Source: an uncultured Pseudomonadales bacterium (lineage in GTDB: Bacteria; Patescibacteriota; Microgenomatia; UBA1400; CAYXSR01). Taken from it: a stretch of 64,000 nt of DNA. Location: NCBI GenBank assembly GCA_964430265.1, contig CAYSEI010000001.1, forward strand, positions 318,987 through 382,986. The letters are read 5' to 3'. A program made the position numbers and the translations under genes. The notes beneath the pieces were generated by a model. That model was given only the letters and a program-made list of their open reading frames with translations, did not search any database and was not told where the DNA came from. Shown piece by piece: positions 9,004 to 19,992 of the stretch (positions within the stretch are counted from its first letter, which is position 1; the number at the start of each line of letters is the position of its first letter).

Positions 9004-10140
9004 TTAGTTTTTACCTTTTCTTAGAAATGCGGGGATATCAAACTTTGAATCTTTTGGAGGCAGTCCGTTGTCAACTTCTTTTTCACTTTCGCCATTATCC
9101 TTTTTTTGCTGAACCTTTTGTTTTGTTTGTTTATCCTTTCTAACAGCCGGTCTTGTGCTGGCAATATTTTGCAATCGCCTGCGTGCTTCGTCAAATCCGG
9201 TAGCAATTACTGTTATTTTCATTTGGTCAACTGACTGTTCGTCTATTACTGTTCCGAATATAATATTGGCATCAGTGTCAGCGGCTCCGGTAATAATTTC
9301 AGCAGCTTTATTTATCTCGTTCATGGTAATGTCCCTGCCGCCGGTAATATTAAATAAAATTCCTCGTGCTCCGTCAATAGATACTTCAAGTAAAGGAGAA
9401 TTAATTGCTTTTCTGGCAGCCATTTCCGCTCGATTTTCTCCGGTCCCGGTACCAATCCCCATTAAAGCGCTTCCAGCATTTGCCATTACAGTTTTAACGT
9501 CTGCAAAATCCACATTAATTAAACCTGGAGTGGTAATCAAATCTGCAATACCCTGGACTCCCTGGCCTAAAACGGAATCAGCAACTTTAAAAGCCTCAAC
9601 AAGTGTCATATCCTTGTCAACTACTTCCAAAAGTTTTTGGTTTGGAATGACAATTAAAGTATCAACTTTATCTTTTAGTTCTTCTATACCTTCCTCAGCA
9701 GTAACCATTCTCTTAGTGCCTTCAAAAAGAAAAGGTTTAGTAACAACAGCAACTGTCAAAGCTCCTAATTCATTAGCAATTTCAGCAATAACAGGAGATC
9801 CTCCGGTGCCTGTACCTCCACCCATACCACAGGTAATAAAAACCATATCAGAATCAACGAGATGTTCTTTAATTTTTTCCTTTGATTCTTCAGCCGCATT
9901 ATGTCCGATTTCCGGGTCAGCACCTGAGCCCAGTCCGCGGGTTAATTTTTCACCAATTTGAACTTTGGTTTCTGCTTGGTTATTAAGAAGCGCTTGTGCA
10001 TCAGTGTTGATACTAACAAATTCTACACCTTCAATATTTTGGTTGATAATCATGGAGTTGACGACATTACCGCCTCCCCCACCAACCCCAACGACTCTAA
10101 TATTAGCAAAAGTATTTATATCAGGTTTAACTAAAGCCAT
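9004..10140 (-). CDS. ftsZ: Cell division protein FtsZ
   Basis: [33 protein letters not shown]-terminal DIPAFLRK. Confidence 0.98.
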   Translation of the reverse strand: MALVKPDINTFANIRVVGVGGGGGNVVNSMIINQNIEGVEFVSINTDAQALLNNQAETKVQIGEKLTRGLGSGADPEIGHNAAEESKEKIKEHLVDSDMVFITCGMGGGTGTGGSPVIAEIANELGALTVAVVTKPFLFEGTKRMVTAEEGIEELKDKVDTLIVIPNQKLLEVVDKDMTLVEAFKVADSVLGQGVQGIADLITTPGLINVDFADVKTVMANAGSALMGIGTGTGENRAEMAARKAINSPLLEVSIDGARGILFNITGGRDITMNEINKAAEIITGAADTDANIIFGTVIDEQSVDQMKITVIATGFDEARRRLQNIASTRPAVRKDKQTKQKVQQKKDNGESEKEVDNGLPPKDSKFDIPAFLRKGKN

Positions 10141-10149
10141 AATACTATT

Positions 10150-11412
10150 TTAGGGCAGGAATGATTTGATAAGATTAACAATCTTTTTAAAAATACCTTT
10201 TAAGGATAGCTTTCCTAGTATATCATTTAACCCTGAAAATGAAACCCCCATTCCTCCCTCTGTTTGCATTTGCTTTAAACCATAGTAAACCAAACCTTGT
10301 ACAACTGCAAAATCAGGAGTTTTAATTTCTTCAACAAGCCCGCTTAAACCCTGTGGTTGTCCAACCCGGACAGGTAGTGAAAGAACTTTTTTAGCTGATT
10401 TTTTAATTCCGACTGTTTGTGCGCCGCCACCGCTGATTACCACTCCCGCAGGAGTGTTTCCGCCGTAACCTGATTCCTTAAGCTCTTCGCCTACCATTTG
10501 AAATATTTCATCCAAACGGGGACGGATAATACCTTCAACTAAAGTACTCCGGGAAGTTTTGCGATCCTCTTCTTCAATTCCAAGTTTCTTTAAATCAAGC
10601 TCTTCTTTATCAGCGTTTTTGTTTTTGGAAAGGGCAATTTTAACTTTCTCGGAGTCCTCTAAACTAAGACGCATTCCAATAGCAAGATCATTAGTAATAT
10701 TTTTAGCACCAACAGGTAAAACAGCAGAATGTGCAAGAGAACCTTCAATAAAAACGGAAATTGCAGTTGTTCCCCCACCTATATCAACCAGGCATACGCC
10801 CAATTCTTTTTCCGTATCGGTCAGTACTGATTCTGAAGCTGCCAATCCGGTAAAAACCAAAGATTGGACTTCTATTCCAAGCTCCTCAACCGATTTAACA
10901 ATATTTTTCATTGCAGTAGTAGACCCGGTAATAATATGGGTCTCAACTTCAAGCCTAATTCCTGTCATTCCCAAGGGATCTTTAATCCCTGGCTGTGAAT
11001 CAACAAGAAAATCTCTGGGAATAACATGCAAGATTTCTCTGGAAGCAGGTAAGGATACAGCTTTTGCCGCTTCAATTACTCTCTGAATATCTTCAGTAAT
11101 AATTTCTTTTTCCGGTTGAGATACTGCCACTACTCCGGTAGAGTTAAGTGAATCAATGTGGCTGCCGCCGATTGAAATATATGCCTTTAGCAAAGAATAT
11201 CCAGCCATACGTTCAGCTGCTTCAACACTCTGGGTTAGGGCACGAACAACCTCTTCAATATCAACAATCTGGCTTTTGCGAATTCCTTTACTGGGGAAAT
11301 TAGCAACGCCAATAATATTTACTTTTTGGGAATCCTCGGATTTTTTGGCAATAACAGTAGTTATTTTTGAAGATCCAATATCAATAGCGGAAATAATTTG
11401 ATTACTGCTCAT
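10150..11412 (-). CDS. ftsA: Cell division protein FtsA
   Basis: IDIGSSKI, AERMAG, VDIGGGTT, SGGGA; directly upstream of ftsZ. Confidence 0.97.
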   Translation of the reverse strand: MSSNQIISAIDIGSSKITTVIAKKSEDSQKVNIIGVANFPSKGIRKSQIVDIEEVVRALTQSVEAAERMAGYSLLKAYISIGGSHIDSLNSTGVVAVSQPEKEIITEDIQRVIEAAKAVSLPASREILHVIPRDFLVDSQPGIKDPLGMTGIRLEVETHIITGSTTAMKNIVKSVEELGIEVQSLVFTGLAASESVLTDTEKELGVCLVDIGGGTTAISVFIEGSLAHSAVLPVGAKNITNDLAIGMRLSLEDSEKVKIALSKNKNADKEELDLKKLGIEEEDRKTSRSTLVEGIIRPRLDEIFQMVGEELKESGYGGNTPAGVVISGGGAQTVGIKKSAKKVLSLPVRVGQPQGLSGLVEEIKTPDFAVVQGLVYYGLKQMQTEGGMGVSFSGLNDILGKLSLKGIFKKIVNLIKSFLP

Positions 11413-12151
11413 ATTTTATAGTTGGTTTATCAAAGCGTAGGTCAATAGCTTTAATTGATCTGCCTTCTATTTTACTTTGTCGCAAAATGAATTGTAAAGA
11501 CCCAACTTGTCTAGAAATATCACTTTCCAGGGACATATAAACCATACTCCCTTCAGATAATATCAGCTTTACGCTGGGATACTCAAGTTCAATTTTTTCT
11601 ACATTAACGTATCCATTTTGCAAACTGTCTGCTAGATCAACAATTTTTACCCAATCTTTTTCCAGTTTTTTCCCAATTTTAATATCTAAATCATTATTAA
11701 TATTAAAAGCAGGCAGGTCTTTTGGTTTTTCAATCTGCTGGTCAAAAATAACAGCATCTTTATCAATCAGATACCAGGTTTTTCCGGATACAGAAAACGC
11801 AACCGCACTTTCCCGGGGGTAAAGTTCAACTAATAAAGTTTGCGGCAATTTTTTCTCAATTTTAACTTTGCTAAGCTTGTAAAAATTATCCTCTACTTCT
11901 TCAGCTTCTTTAGCATTTTTAAAAGTAAAAATATTTTTTCCAATAAATTCATTAAGAAAATTTTCCTCTTGTTTATTGCAGGAAGAACCATTTTTTATAC
12001 ATTTAATATTTTTAATCTGAAAAAAATCTGCTTTTAAAAGAAAAACAACAACCAATCCGGTTAAAATAATTCCGGAAAAAGCAGATAAAACCTTTAAAAA
12101 CCTTTTAAAACTACGGACTTTTTTACCGGATAATCTTTTTAATCTGTTCAT
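11402..12151 (-). CDS. ftsQ: FtsQ/DivIB family cell division protein
   Basis: Basic N-terminus, one TM, POTRA-like region, C-terminal IDLRFDKP; lies between murG and ftsA. Confidence 0.85.
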   Translation of the reverse strand: MNRLKRLSGKKVRSFKRFLKVLSAFSGIILTGLVVVFLLKADFFQIKNIKCIKNGSSCNKQEENFLNEFIGKNIFTFKNAKEAEEVEDNFYKLSKVKIEKKLPQTLLVELYPRESAVAFSVSGKTWYLIDKDAVIFDQQIEKPKDLPAFNINNDLDIKIGKKLEKDWVKIVDLADSLQNGYVNVEKIELEYPSVKLILSEGSMVYMSLESDISRQVGSLQFILRQSKIEGRSIKAIDLRFDKPTIKYEQ

Positions 12152-13242
12152 GAAAGTAAAGACAAAATATCTTGCAACATAACTTCTGTAGCATCAGTTT
12201 TAATAAGTTTTTTTGTATTTTGGGCTTTTTTGCTAAAGCTATTATAATCTTTAAAAACAGAATCAATTGTCTTAACAATTTGATCTAAATCCTTTTGCTC
12301 TAAAATCAAAGCAGCTTTCTTATCAGCAAGTAAGTTGGCGTTTTTATGCTGTTCCTTTCTATTTGCATATGGATAAGGTATTAAAATTGCCGGCTTTTGC
12401 ATATATGCAAGTTCATAAACAGTGTGGGCTCCTGAGCGGCATATAACAAGATCTGCAGAATAATATGCTTTAACAATTTCCTGCGCAAAAAAATATGGAC
12501 CTAGAATATAATTCTGGCTGTTTTCAAGTTTTTCTTTTTTATTTAGGATTCTCTCATAGTCATCGGTTTCTTTATTGTATCCGCACTGATGAATCAAATT
12601 ATACTTAGAAAGTAAATATTCAAGATTCTTTTCAATAGCTTTATTAATTACATGTGCTCCCTGTTTCCCTCCTAAAACCAAAATAGTTTTCTTATCATTA
12701 TCAAATTCGTAAGCTTTAGGTTTTTTTTTAAAAACTCTTCTTAATGGCAAACCAACAACTTTTGTTTTTGAAGAGGAAAAAAAGCTTTCTGAATCCTTCC
12801 AAGTTAAATAAACCCTTTTAACAAATCTACTAACTATTTGGTTAGCAATTCCGGCAGTAACAGTTTGTTCATGAGTTACTGAATCAATGCCTAAAAATCT
12901 CCCCACAATTACTACAGGAAAAGCTAAGTATCCTCCAAATGAAACAATCACTTTGGGCCTTTTTGTTATGAGAATATAAAAAGAATGAAAAAAACCTAAA
13001 ACAACTTTCAAATGCTTAAGCGGATTTAAAGTTTTATAAAATTTACCTGTTTTAAGGTTAACAAAATCAATCCCTGCATTAGTAACTTCTCTGTATTCTG
13101 CACTTAAAGTTTTATCTTTAGACATTGTATACTTATGGCCCAGCCATAAGATACTAAATCCCCTATCCTTTAGTTTTTTTGCCAAAACTAAAGCAGAATT
13201 ATGATGACCGCCGGTAAATATAATCCGTTTATTTTTTTGCAT
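12148..13242 (-). CDS. murG: Lipid II GlcNAc transferase MurG
   Basis: TGGH, SFGGY, HEQ, GLPLR, GGKQGA, CRSGA, EQHKNA. Confidence 0.95.
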   Translation of the reverse strand: MQKNKRIIFTGGHHNSALVLAKKLKDRGFSILWLGHKYTMSKDKTLSAEYREVTNAGIDFVNLKTGKFYKTLNPLKHLKVVLGFFHSFYILITKRPKVIVSFGGYLAFPVVIVGRFLGIDSVTHEQTVTAGIANQIVSRFVKRVYLTWKDSESFFSSSKTKVVGLPLRRVFKKKPKAYEFDNDKKTILVLGGKQGAHVINKAIEKNLEYLLSKYNLIHQCGYNKETDDYERILNKKEKLENSQNYILGPYFFAQEIVKAYYSADLVICRSGAHTVYELAYMQKPAILIPYPYANRKEQHKNANLLADKKAALILEQKDLDQIVKTIDSVFKDYNSFSKKAQNTKKLIKTDATEVMLQDILSLLS

Positions 13243-14308
13243 ACTTACTAATATTTAACAATATTCCCACTCCGGTTAAAACACTAATTAACGAAGAACC
13301 TCCGTAAGATATAAAGGGAAGAGGCAACCCTGTTAAAGGAAAAATAACCACCATAGCACCTATATTAATAACAATCTGGATACCCAGCCAGCATCCGATG
13401 GCGCCTGACAAAAGCTTTAAAAATTTATCCTCAACATGTTGAGAAATAGACAAAGCCTTGTAAACAATAAGCATTAAAATACAAATTAAAGCAAAACCGC
13501 CGATAAATCCCATTTCTTCTGCAATAATAGCAAAAATTGAATCAGTAGTCGCCTCAGGCAAATACTGATATTTTTGCCGAGACCGACCCAGTCCCATTCC
13601 GGAGAAACCACCGGACCCAAGAGCAATTAATATTTGTCTTACATGATATGAAGAACCTAGAGGATCACTGGTAGGGTTTAAAAAAGTAAGGAATCTTTGT
13701 TTACGATAATCTGATGAAAAAATCAAACCCATTCCAGCAACTAAGCCTAAAATACCCAAAGCTAGTAAATGTAAAACAGAACCGCCGCTTAAAAAATAGA
13801 CCAAGGTAGCAATTCCAATAATTACTACGGTTGTTCCTAAATCAGGTTGAAGCATAATCAAAAAAGCAATGACAAAAATTAAACTCAGAAAATGACCAAA
13901 ACTGCGCTTTTTCTGAAGCCAATTTGACAAATACAAACTAAAAGTTAGTTTAATTGATTCAGTTGGTTGCAGATTAAAAAAACCAAGATTTATCCAGCGT
14001 CTTGCACCTTTTGTCTGAACACCTATACCCGGGATTAAAGTAATTAAGATCAGAAACATGTTAATTAGAAACAAAGGTACGGAAAGTTTTTTTAGCAGGG
14101 AAATCGGTATAATTGTAAAAAACATTAATGAAGCAAAACCTACTAAAGCCCAAAGGGACTGCATCTTTAAATAATGGTATTTATCACCAAAATCCCTGAC
14201 AGCTTCGGCAACAGATGCATTATAAACCATAACCACGCCGACCAAAGTAGCAATAATTACTAAAGTTAATAAACTCCAATCAATGTGGGAAGCAGATTTA
14301 ACTTGCAT
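13229..14308 (-). CDS. ftsW: SEDS protein FtsW
   Basis: MVYNAS, GARRWI, QPDLGT, YLPEATTDSIF, PFISYGGSS; lies between murD and murG. Confidence 0.93.
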   Translation of the reverse strand: MQVKSASHIDWSLLTLVIIATLVGVVMVYNASVAEAVRDFGDKYHYLKMQSLWALVGFASLMFFTIIPISLLKKLSVPLFLINMFLILITLIPGIGVQTKGARRWINLGFFNLQPTESIKLTFSLYLSNWLQKKRSFGHFLSLIFVIAFLIMLQPDLGTTVVIIGIATLVYFLSGGSVLHLLALGILGLVAGMGLIFSSDYRKQRFLTFLNPTSDPLGSSYHVRQILIALGSGGFSGMGLGRSRQKYQYLPEATTDSIFAIIAEEMGFIGGFALICILMLIVYKALSISQHVEDKFLKLLSGAIGCWLGIQIVINIGAMVVIFPLTGLPLPFISYGGSSLISVLTGVGILLNISKYAKK

Positions 14309-15644
14309 TTTTTAACTCATTAACTACTTTTATAAATTGATTTCCGCGGTCAAACTCATTAACAAACATACCAAAAGATGCACAACCGGGAGACAAAAGA
14401 ACAACATCTCCTTTTTCTGCCTTTTTACTAGCAAATAAAACAGCTTTTTTAAAATTATAAAATTCACCCCAGTCAATATTTTTATTGGTATTTTTGTTGA
14501 TTAAATCCTTCAACTCTTTTGTAGCCGAACCTTTTAAAAGAATAACGCCTTTTACCTGTATACTAATTTCTTTGGCAAACCTGCTGAGGTCAAGGTTTTT
14601 ACTTGCGCCACCAGCAATTAAGATAATAGGTTTATCAATAGCTCTTAAAGCGGCATTTCCGGCTGCCGGAGTAGTTGAAGTTGTATCGTTTATATATTCT
14701 ACACCCTTAATATCCGCAACTTTCTGCAACCGGTGTTTTACAGGATGAAAATTAGCTACAGCTTTTTTAATATTATTCTTTGAAAAGCCTAATATTTCAG
14801 CAGTTTTAACTGCAGCAGCGATATTTTCCCTATTATGTTCTCCTTTTAAATGCCTTTCCCAATTAGAAGAAACAAGATTTCTATTAAACCAAACAACTTT
14901 AGAATTAGTTTCTTTAGCAAATTCTTTCATCTCTTTGAAATCCTTATTCAAAAGTAAAAAATCATCTTGTTTTTGAAACCGGTAAATGACCTTCTTATCC
15001 TTAATATATTTTCTCATTGAAGGATACCGGTTAAGATGATCTTCGTAAATGGTGGTGATTACGGAAATATGCGGGCTAAGTTTAAAGCTTGCAAATCCTT
15101 GAAGCTGCCAAGATGAAAGCTCCATAACAACCAGGGTTTGAGGATCAATATTTTTCAAAAGAGTCAATGCGGATTTCCCAGGTATGTTGCCGCTTAATTC
15201 CACTTGTTTACCGGATTTTTTTAAAATATGATAAAGCAAAGAAGCAGTAGTTGTTTTTCCTCTTGTACCGGTAATTCCAATAACATTTTTCCTGCCAAAA
15301 TACTTTACAAACAAAGCATCGCTCATAAGAATGGGTTTGCCAATTTTTCTGGCGTATTCCAAGTAAGGAGAGCTAATCGGTACTCCGGGATTACGTAAAA
15401 CAAAATCACATGCTTCAATATCTTCTTTTCTATGTTTACCCAGAACAAAACGCAGGTTTAAATCAGCAAGTTTTTCAATTGAGGATTTTAATTCTGCTTC
15501 AGTTTTTAAATCACTAACAACAACATCTGCACCCGCCTCAGCAAAAAAACGTGTATCTTTAACTCCTTTACCCAACAAACCCAAACCAAGAATTAAAACT
15601 TTCTTATTTTTAAAATCATTTTCAAACCTTTGGTATGCATTCAT
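14298..15644 (-). CDS. murD: UDP-MurNAc-L-Ala--D-Glu ligase
   Basis: GITGTRGKTT, ELSSWQL, DHLNRY, HRLQ, LLSPGCASF. Confidence 0.95.
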   Translation of the reverse strand: MNAYQRFENDFKNKKVLILGLGLLGKGVKDTRFFAEAGADVVVSDLKTEAELKSSIEKLADLNLRFVLGKHRKEDIEACDFVLRNPGVPISSPYLEYARKIGKPILMSDALFVKYFGRKNVIGITGTRGKTTTASLLYHILKKSGKQVELSGNIPGKSALTLLKNIDPQTLVVMELSSWQLQGFASFKLSPHISVITTIYEDHLNRYPSMRKYIKDKKVIYRFQKQDDFLLLNKDFKEMKEFAKETNSKVVWFNRNLVSSNWERHLKGEHNRENIAAAVKTAEILGFSKNNIKKAVANFHPVKHRLQKVADIKGVEYINDTTSTTPAAGNAALRAIDKPIILIAGGASKNLDLSRFAKEISIQVKGVILLKGSATKELKDLINKNTNKNIDWGEFYNFKKAVLFASKKAEKGDVVLLSPGCASFGMFVNEFDRGNQFIKVVNELKNAS

Positions 15645-16402
15645 ATATTGACCTTTTTAAAATCATAACCCATTTTTTTGACTTGCCTAAGAGTATTATA
15701 AAACAAGACAGTAGATTTTTCCTGTTTTTTACTGTTAAGTCCTACATCCTTTTCTTGAGTTAAAATTCTTTTAACTTGTTTGGCAACAGCAAGCCCGGGA
15801 TCAATAAGTTTTACATTACTGCCAAAAAAATCACCAATCTCTTTTTCCACCAATCCAAAATGTGTACAGCCCAAGACAACAGTATCAACTTTATTCCTAA
15901 TATCTCCGGGAATACAATCTTTTAAAGCCTGCTCTACTCCACTCTCGGATTCAATTGCATTTACCAAACCAAGGCAACCCAAATTATATACATTAACATC
16001 TGAAGCATAATCATGAATTAAGCTTTTTAATTTATTGCTTTCTGTTGCTTTGGGACTGGAAAGCACAAGAATACTATTATTGTCCGTAATTGCTGCTGCA
16101 GGTTTTACTGCTGGTTCTATTCCCACAAAAGGAACAGAAAACTTACTGCGCAGACGCTTAATTGCATTAACTGTTAATGTGTTACAAGCAACAACAATTA
16201 ATTTACAATTCTTTTCTATTAAAAATTGAGCATTTTTAAGGGCAATTTTTTTTAAATTGGAAACACTTTTATCTCCATAAGGAAAGTTGTTTTCGTCAGC
16301 AAGGTAAATAATGTTTTCTTTTGGCAAAAGTTTATGTATTGCTTTAAAAATGGAGAGACCGCCAATACCGGAGTCAAAAATTCCAATTGGGTTATTAATC
16401 AT
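15641..16402 (-). CDS. murI: Glutamate racemase (start ATG 16402)
   Basis: IGIFDSGIGGLS, PYGDK, VACNT, LGCTHF. Confidence 0.95.
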   Translation of the reverse strand: MINNPIGIFDSGIGGLSIFKAIHKLLPKENIIYLADENNFPYGDKSVSNLKKIALKNAQFLIEKNCKLIVVACNTLTVNAIKRLRSKFSVPFVGIEPAVKPAAAITDNNSILVLSSPKATESNKLKSLIHDYASDVNVYNLGCLGLVNAIESESGVEQALKDCIPGDIRNKVDTVVLGCTHFGLVEKEIGDFFGSNVKLIDPGLAVAKQVKRILTQEKDVGLNSKKQEKSTVLFYNTLRQVKKMGYDFKKVNI

Positions 16403-16407
16403 AACAA

Positions 16408-17451
16408 TTAAACAAGTGCCAACCAAAACCCAAAAAGCGCTAGCATAATACCTGCTAGCCAAGCCCGCATTACTATTTTGGGTTCTTCCCAGCCTTTATA
16501 TTGCAGCCATAAATGAAAAGGGGCAACGGGGAAAAGCTTTTTTTTCCGCAACTTTTTATAAACAATTTGGGCAAATGAGGAAAAAATCTCGGCAATAAAA
16601 ATACCGCCAATAATTACCAAAGCCATTATTTTGCCCAAAAGCAGGCCGATTACTGCCAGAGTTGCACCGAAGGCTAAAGAGCCTACGTCTCCAAGCCAGA
16701 TACGTGCAGGATAAACATTAAAATACAAAAAAGCAATTAAAGAGCCAATCCATATCGCAATAAAAAAGGATAAGGGGGTATCTAGGATGGAAGCAGAGAG
16801 CATCCAAAAAGCAAATAAGCAGATCATTAATAATCCACTTGCAAGACCGTCCAAACCATCGGTAATATTGACTGCATTAGTAAAAGAAACAATAATAAAA
16901 GCGGCTAAAGGAATATAAAAAATACCTAAATGCAGTACGCCAATAAAAGGGATGTAAAAAATATCAATCCCCAGGTTTTGGTAAAGGAGCAAAGCGATAA
17001 TAATTGCCAGAATCCATTGGATTAAAAACTTATGTCGCATGCGCAACCCGAAAAAACCATTTCTTTGAAAGCCAAAAAACTTCATAATATCGTCATACAA
17101 GCCTAACAAGGCAAAAGACAAAAAAGTAAAAAAGATAATATTAACTTCCTCCATTACCGGATAAACATGGGTTACAAATATGCCAAAATACTTTCCGAGA
17201 GGAAAAAGAATAGCAAATAATATGGAGACAATTAAAACTATCAAAAATCCGCCACCAACAGGAGTTCCTGCTTTATGGGAGTGGAATTTATCAAATATTG
17301 GGGTGGGATTGCCCTGAAAATCCTTTGTTTTCTGTTCTCTGCGTGTCATTCTAAACTTATACAACAGATTTATAAAAGGAACAATACAGATACTGGTGAC
17401 AATAAAAGAGAATATTAATAAGCCTAATAGGATCGCAATTGAACTTCCCAT
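16408..17451 (-). CDS. mraY: Phospho-MurNAc-pentapeptide transferase
   Basis: KAGTPVGGG, GLYDD, NAVNITDGLDGL, WLGDVGS, APFH. Confidence 0.95.
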   Translation of the reverse strand: MGSSIAILLGLLIFSFIVTSICIVPFINLLYKFRMTRREQKTKDFQGNPTPIFDKFHSHKAGTPVGGGFLIVLIVSILFAILFPLGKYFGIFVTHVYPVMEEVNIIFFTFLSFALLGLYDDIMKFFGFQRNGFFGLRMRHKFLIQWILAIIIALLLYQNLGIDIFYIPFIGVLHLGIFYIPLAAFIIVSFTNAVNITDGLDGLASGLLMICLFAFWMLSASILDTPLSFFIAIWIGSLIAFLYFNVYPARIWLGDVGSLAFGATLAVIGLLLGKIMALVIIGGIFIAEIFSSFAQIVYKKLRKKKLFPVAPFHLWLQYKGWEEPKIVMRAWLAGIMLALFGFWLALV

Positions 17452-17458
17452 AACCCTA

Positions 17459-18649
17459 TTATAGATTTATTCTAATCTTTTTTAAAGCTCTACAGCTTAA
17501 TAGAAAAAGCAATAAGCCGAATGAAATAACAGAAAAAGCAGCAATACTCACGGAATTTGTGGAATAATTATTTAATAAATATCCACCCACTAGAGGACCA
17601 ATTATCTGGGCAAGGCTACCCAAAGATGAAGCAACACCCATTAACGAGCCTTGATAGCGTGAAGCTTCTGTTTTAGAAATTGCACCCATTATTAAAGGCC
17701 GGGTCAAACCTGTTCCCATAGAAAAAAAAGCCATTACAACAGGAAGCTGCCAAAACTTATTAATAAAAGCAGCACTCAGTAATCCAATCATTAAAGATAA
17801 AATACCCAAAAAACGCAGTTTTTCTTCGGAAACAAACTTTAAAAGTTTTTGCAGTAAAAATCCCCGGAAAATAATACTGATTAAACCAATATATGCTAAA
17901 AGCCAGCCGATATTTTGTGCATTAGCCCCAACCTTAGCTTGAGCAAAGAGAGCAAAATTACTGACCCAAATCACATGCGCAAGATTGTAGGTAAAATATT
18001 GCCAAAGAGTACAGGAGGCTTTTGAATCAAACAAAAACTTCTTAAACTCCTTTAATTTAAATATATCTCTAACTTGTAGTTTAAATTCTCTTTGTTTTTC
18101 AATAGTTTCGGGTAGAAAAAACCAGGTAATCAATATAGTAATAAGGGAAATAAAAGCTGCTAAAAAGGAAGGCACTGAATATCCAAATTGTGATAAAAAA
18201 CCGCCTATAGCCGGTCCAACCAAGAATCCCAATCCAAAAGCAACACCACTATATCCAAAAACCTTGCTTCTGTTCTCTTCTGCTGAAATATCGCTTAAAT
18301 AAGCTTGCGCAATAGAAAAGTTGCTTCCTAAAAGTCCGTCTATAATCCGGGAAGTAAAAATCCAAAACAAAGAATTGGAAAATCCCAGTACAAGGAAACT
18401 AATAAAAGTAGACAACTGAGATATAATCAATAATGGTCTTCTGCCGTAACTGTCACTTAGCCTACCCATTATCGGTGCGGAAAAAAACTGAAACAAAGAA
18501 AATGTACTAAGAATTAAACTAACCTTAAATGGTGAAGCACCCAGATTGGTTGCATAGTAAGGTAAAAAAGGTAAAATTAAAGAAAAACCCAGGACTTCTG
18601 TTATTTGAATAACAAAAATAGTAATAAAACGTTTATCGTAAAAGTTCAT
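17459..18649 (-). CDS. MFS transporter (TetA/DHA1-like)
   Basis: About 12 TM; motif A GRLSDSYGRR; motif C-like GFLVGPAIGG. Confidence 0.88.
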   Translation of the reverse strand: MNFYDKRFITIFVIQITEVLGFSLILPFLPYYATNLGASPFKVSLILSTFSLFQFFSAPIMGRLSDSYGRRPLLIISQLSTFISFLVLGFSNSLFWIFTSRIIDGLLGSNFSIAQAYLSDISAEENRSKVFGYSGVAFGLGFLVGPAIGGFLSQFGYSVPSFLAAFISLITILITWFFLPETIEKQREFKLQVRDIFKLKEFKKFLFDSKASCTLWQYFTYNLAHVIWVSNFALFAQAKVGANAQNIGWLLAYIGLISIIFRGFLLQKLLKFVSEEKLRFLGILSLMIGLLSAAFINKFWQLPVVMAFFSMGTGLTRPLIMGAISKTEASRYQGSLMGVASSLGSLAQIIGPLVGGYLLNNYSTNSVSIAAFSVISFGLLLFLLSCRALKKIRINL

Positions 18650-18671
18650 TAAAGAGATTTAACTAATTAAA

Positions 18672-19181
18672 TTAATGGGAGATCAAATACTTTTTGGGGT
18701 TATCGCCCAGATCAGTAAATTCATCAGCCTCTTCAAGTAATTCTTTAGAAGTAGTTTTCTTAAATGCAATCACTTCAGTCCTTCTGCCGTGTCCCCTGAC
18801 ATAATCAAGTAAATCAACATAATCTCCGTCTCCGGAAATTAAAACTACAACATCCAAAACCGGTAAAAGTCTGACTACGTCAATTGTTAAACCAACATCC
18901 CAATCACCTTTTTTTTGACCGCTTTTAAAAATCTTAAGCGGTTTTCTGCGGACTTCATATCCAAGATTATCCAATACCTTGTAAAACTCTTTTTCCTCTT
19001 TGGTGTCGCTTTCAACAACATAAGCAAAAGCTCTTACTAATCTGCGATTGGAAACGCCTTTTTTTAGCAATTCTCTAAAATCAACATTATCGTGATACAA
19101 GTTTTGAGCAGAAAAGTATAAATTGGATGCGTCAACAAAAACGCCTACTCTCTGGTCCGGATGTTTAACTGTATATTTCAT
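18672..19181 (-). CDS. NYN-domain (LabA/DUF88) protein
   Basis: VFVDASN, KGDWDV, SGDGDY, ADEF. Confidence 0.9.
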   Translation of the reverse strand: MKYTVKHPDQRVGVFVDASNLYFSAQNLYHDNVDFRELLKKGVSNRRLVRAFAYVVESDTKEEKEFYKVLDNLGYEVRRKPLKIFKSGQKKGDWDVGLTIDVVRLLPVLDVVVLISGDGDYVDLLDYVRGHGRRTEVIAFKKTTSKELLEEADEFTDLGDNPKKYLISH

Positions 19182-19200
19182 AAATTAGAGTATAACATAT

Positions 19201-19992
19201 TTAACGATCCTGTTGCAGATTATTTGGAACAGGATTTACTTGTGAGTTGTTAATTTGCTTTCCCTGTGACTGTGGTGTTTGCATATTTTGCATCACTGAA
19301 CTGGGAGTTGCTTCCATTTCTCTTGGATTATTTCCCGGCATACTTTTGTTTGAGGATGGTGTTGCACTTTGATTCTGCATGTTTCCGGAAGGAGTGGAAA
19401 TTTGATTTTCCTCCCTAATTCTTTCTTGTTCAGTTACTCCCTGCTGTTCTCCGGCCTCATTTTGTTCTCTAATTTCCATTCTTTCTCTTATTCTTTGAAC
19501 AGAGGCCTCATGGCTTTTTTCTGAATTTTGGATTGCTTGTCTGATTGCTGATTGAGCTTGACTAGGCACTTGTTCATAAACGCGGGATAAAACCTCCAAA
19601 TGTTTCAATGAGTTTTCACTAAATTTTTCAGTCAGATCATCAGTATTAATACCTTTTTCCTCTGCTTTTTCTAATGCCTGAGGAAATTCTGAAACATACT
19701 TATTATAGCGCTCAACAGCTGAAACCGCTTTTTCATTACCAAGTTTATTTACTTCATCTGCTTTTTCATCTGCATATTCAATTAATTTTTCCAATCTTTT
19801 TTTCGGGTTTCTGGTAATAAGTAAACTCATACTTTCCATAAAATTATCAAGAAAGTAAAAAGTATCTCCTGGCTTAAGTCCAGCAGATATTACTTTTTCC
19901 GGAGTTTGAGCATAAACATTGGAAACTGAAAAAACCGAGATTAAACAAAAAGTAATTGTAGTTAATATTATAAAAGTATTTTTTATTTTCAT
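19201..19992 (-). CDS. Secreted DUF5667-like helical protein with low-complexity Gln/Pro/Ser tail
   Basis: Signal peptide (..VYA/Q), GLKPGDTFYFLDNFME, KHLEVL..V..QVP.QAQ.AI. Confidence 0.7.
   Translation of the reverse strand: MKIKNTFIILTTITFCLISVFSVSNVYAQTPEKVISAGLKPGDTFYFLDNFMESMSLLITRNPKKRLEKLIEYADEKADEVNKLGNEKAVSAVERYNKYVSEFPQALEKAEEKGINTDDLTEKFSENSLKHLEVLSRVYEQVPSQAQSAIRQAIQNSEKSHEASVQRIRERMEIREQNEAGEQQGVTEQERIREENQISTPSGNMQNQSATPSSNKSMPGNNPREMEATPSSVMQNMQTPQSQGKQINNSQVNPVPNNLQQDR

Noticed and set aside
9155-9961. 268-aa plus-strand ORF, and similar antisense ORFs over ftsA, glyQS, murE, murC and the GT4 genes
   Set aside because: Antisense shadows of well-conserved genes; Ile/Ser/Pro-rich composition, no motifs or RBS.
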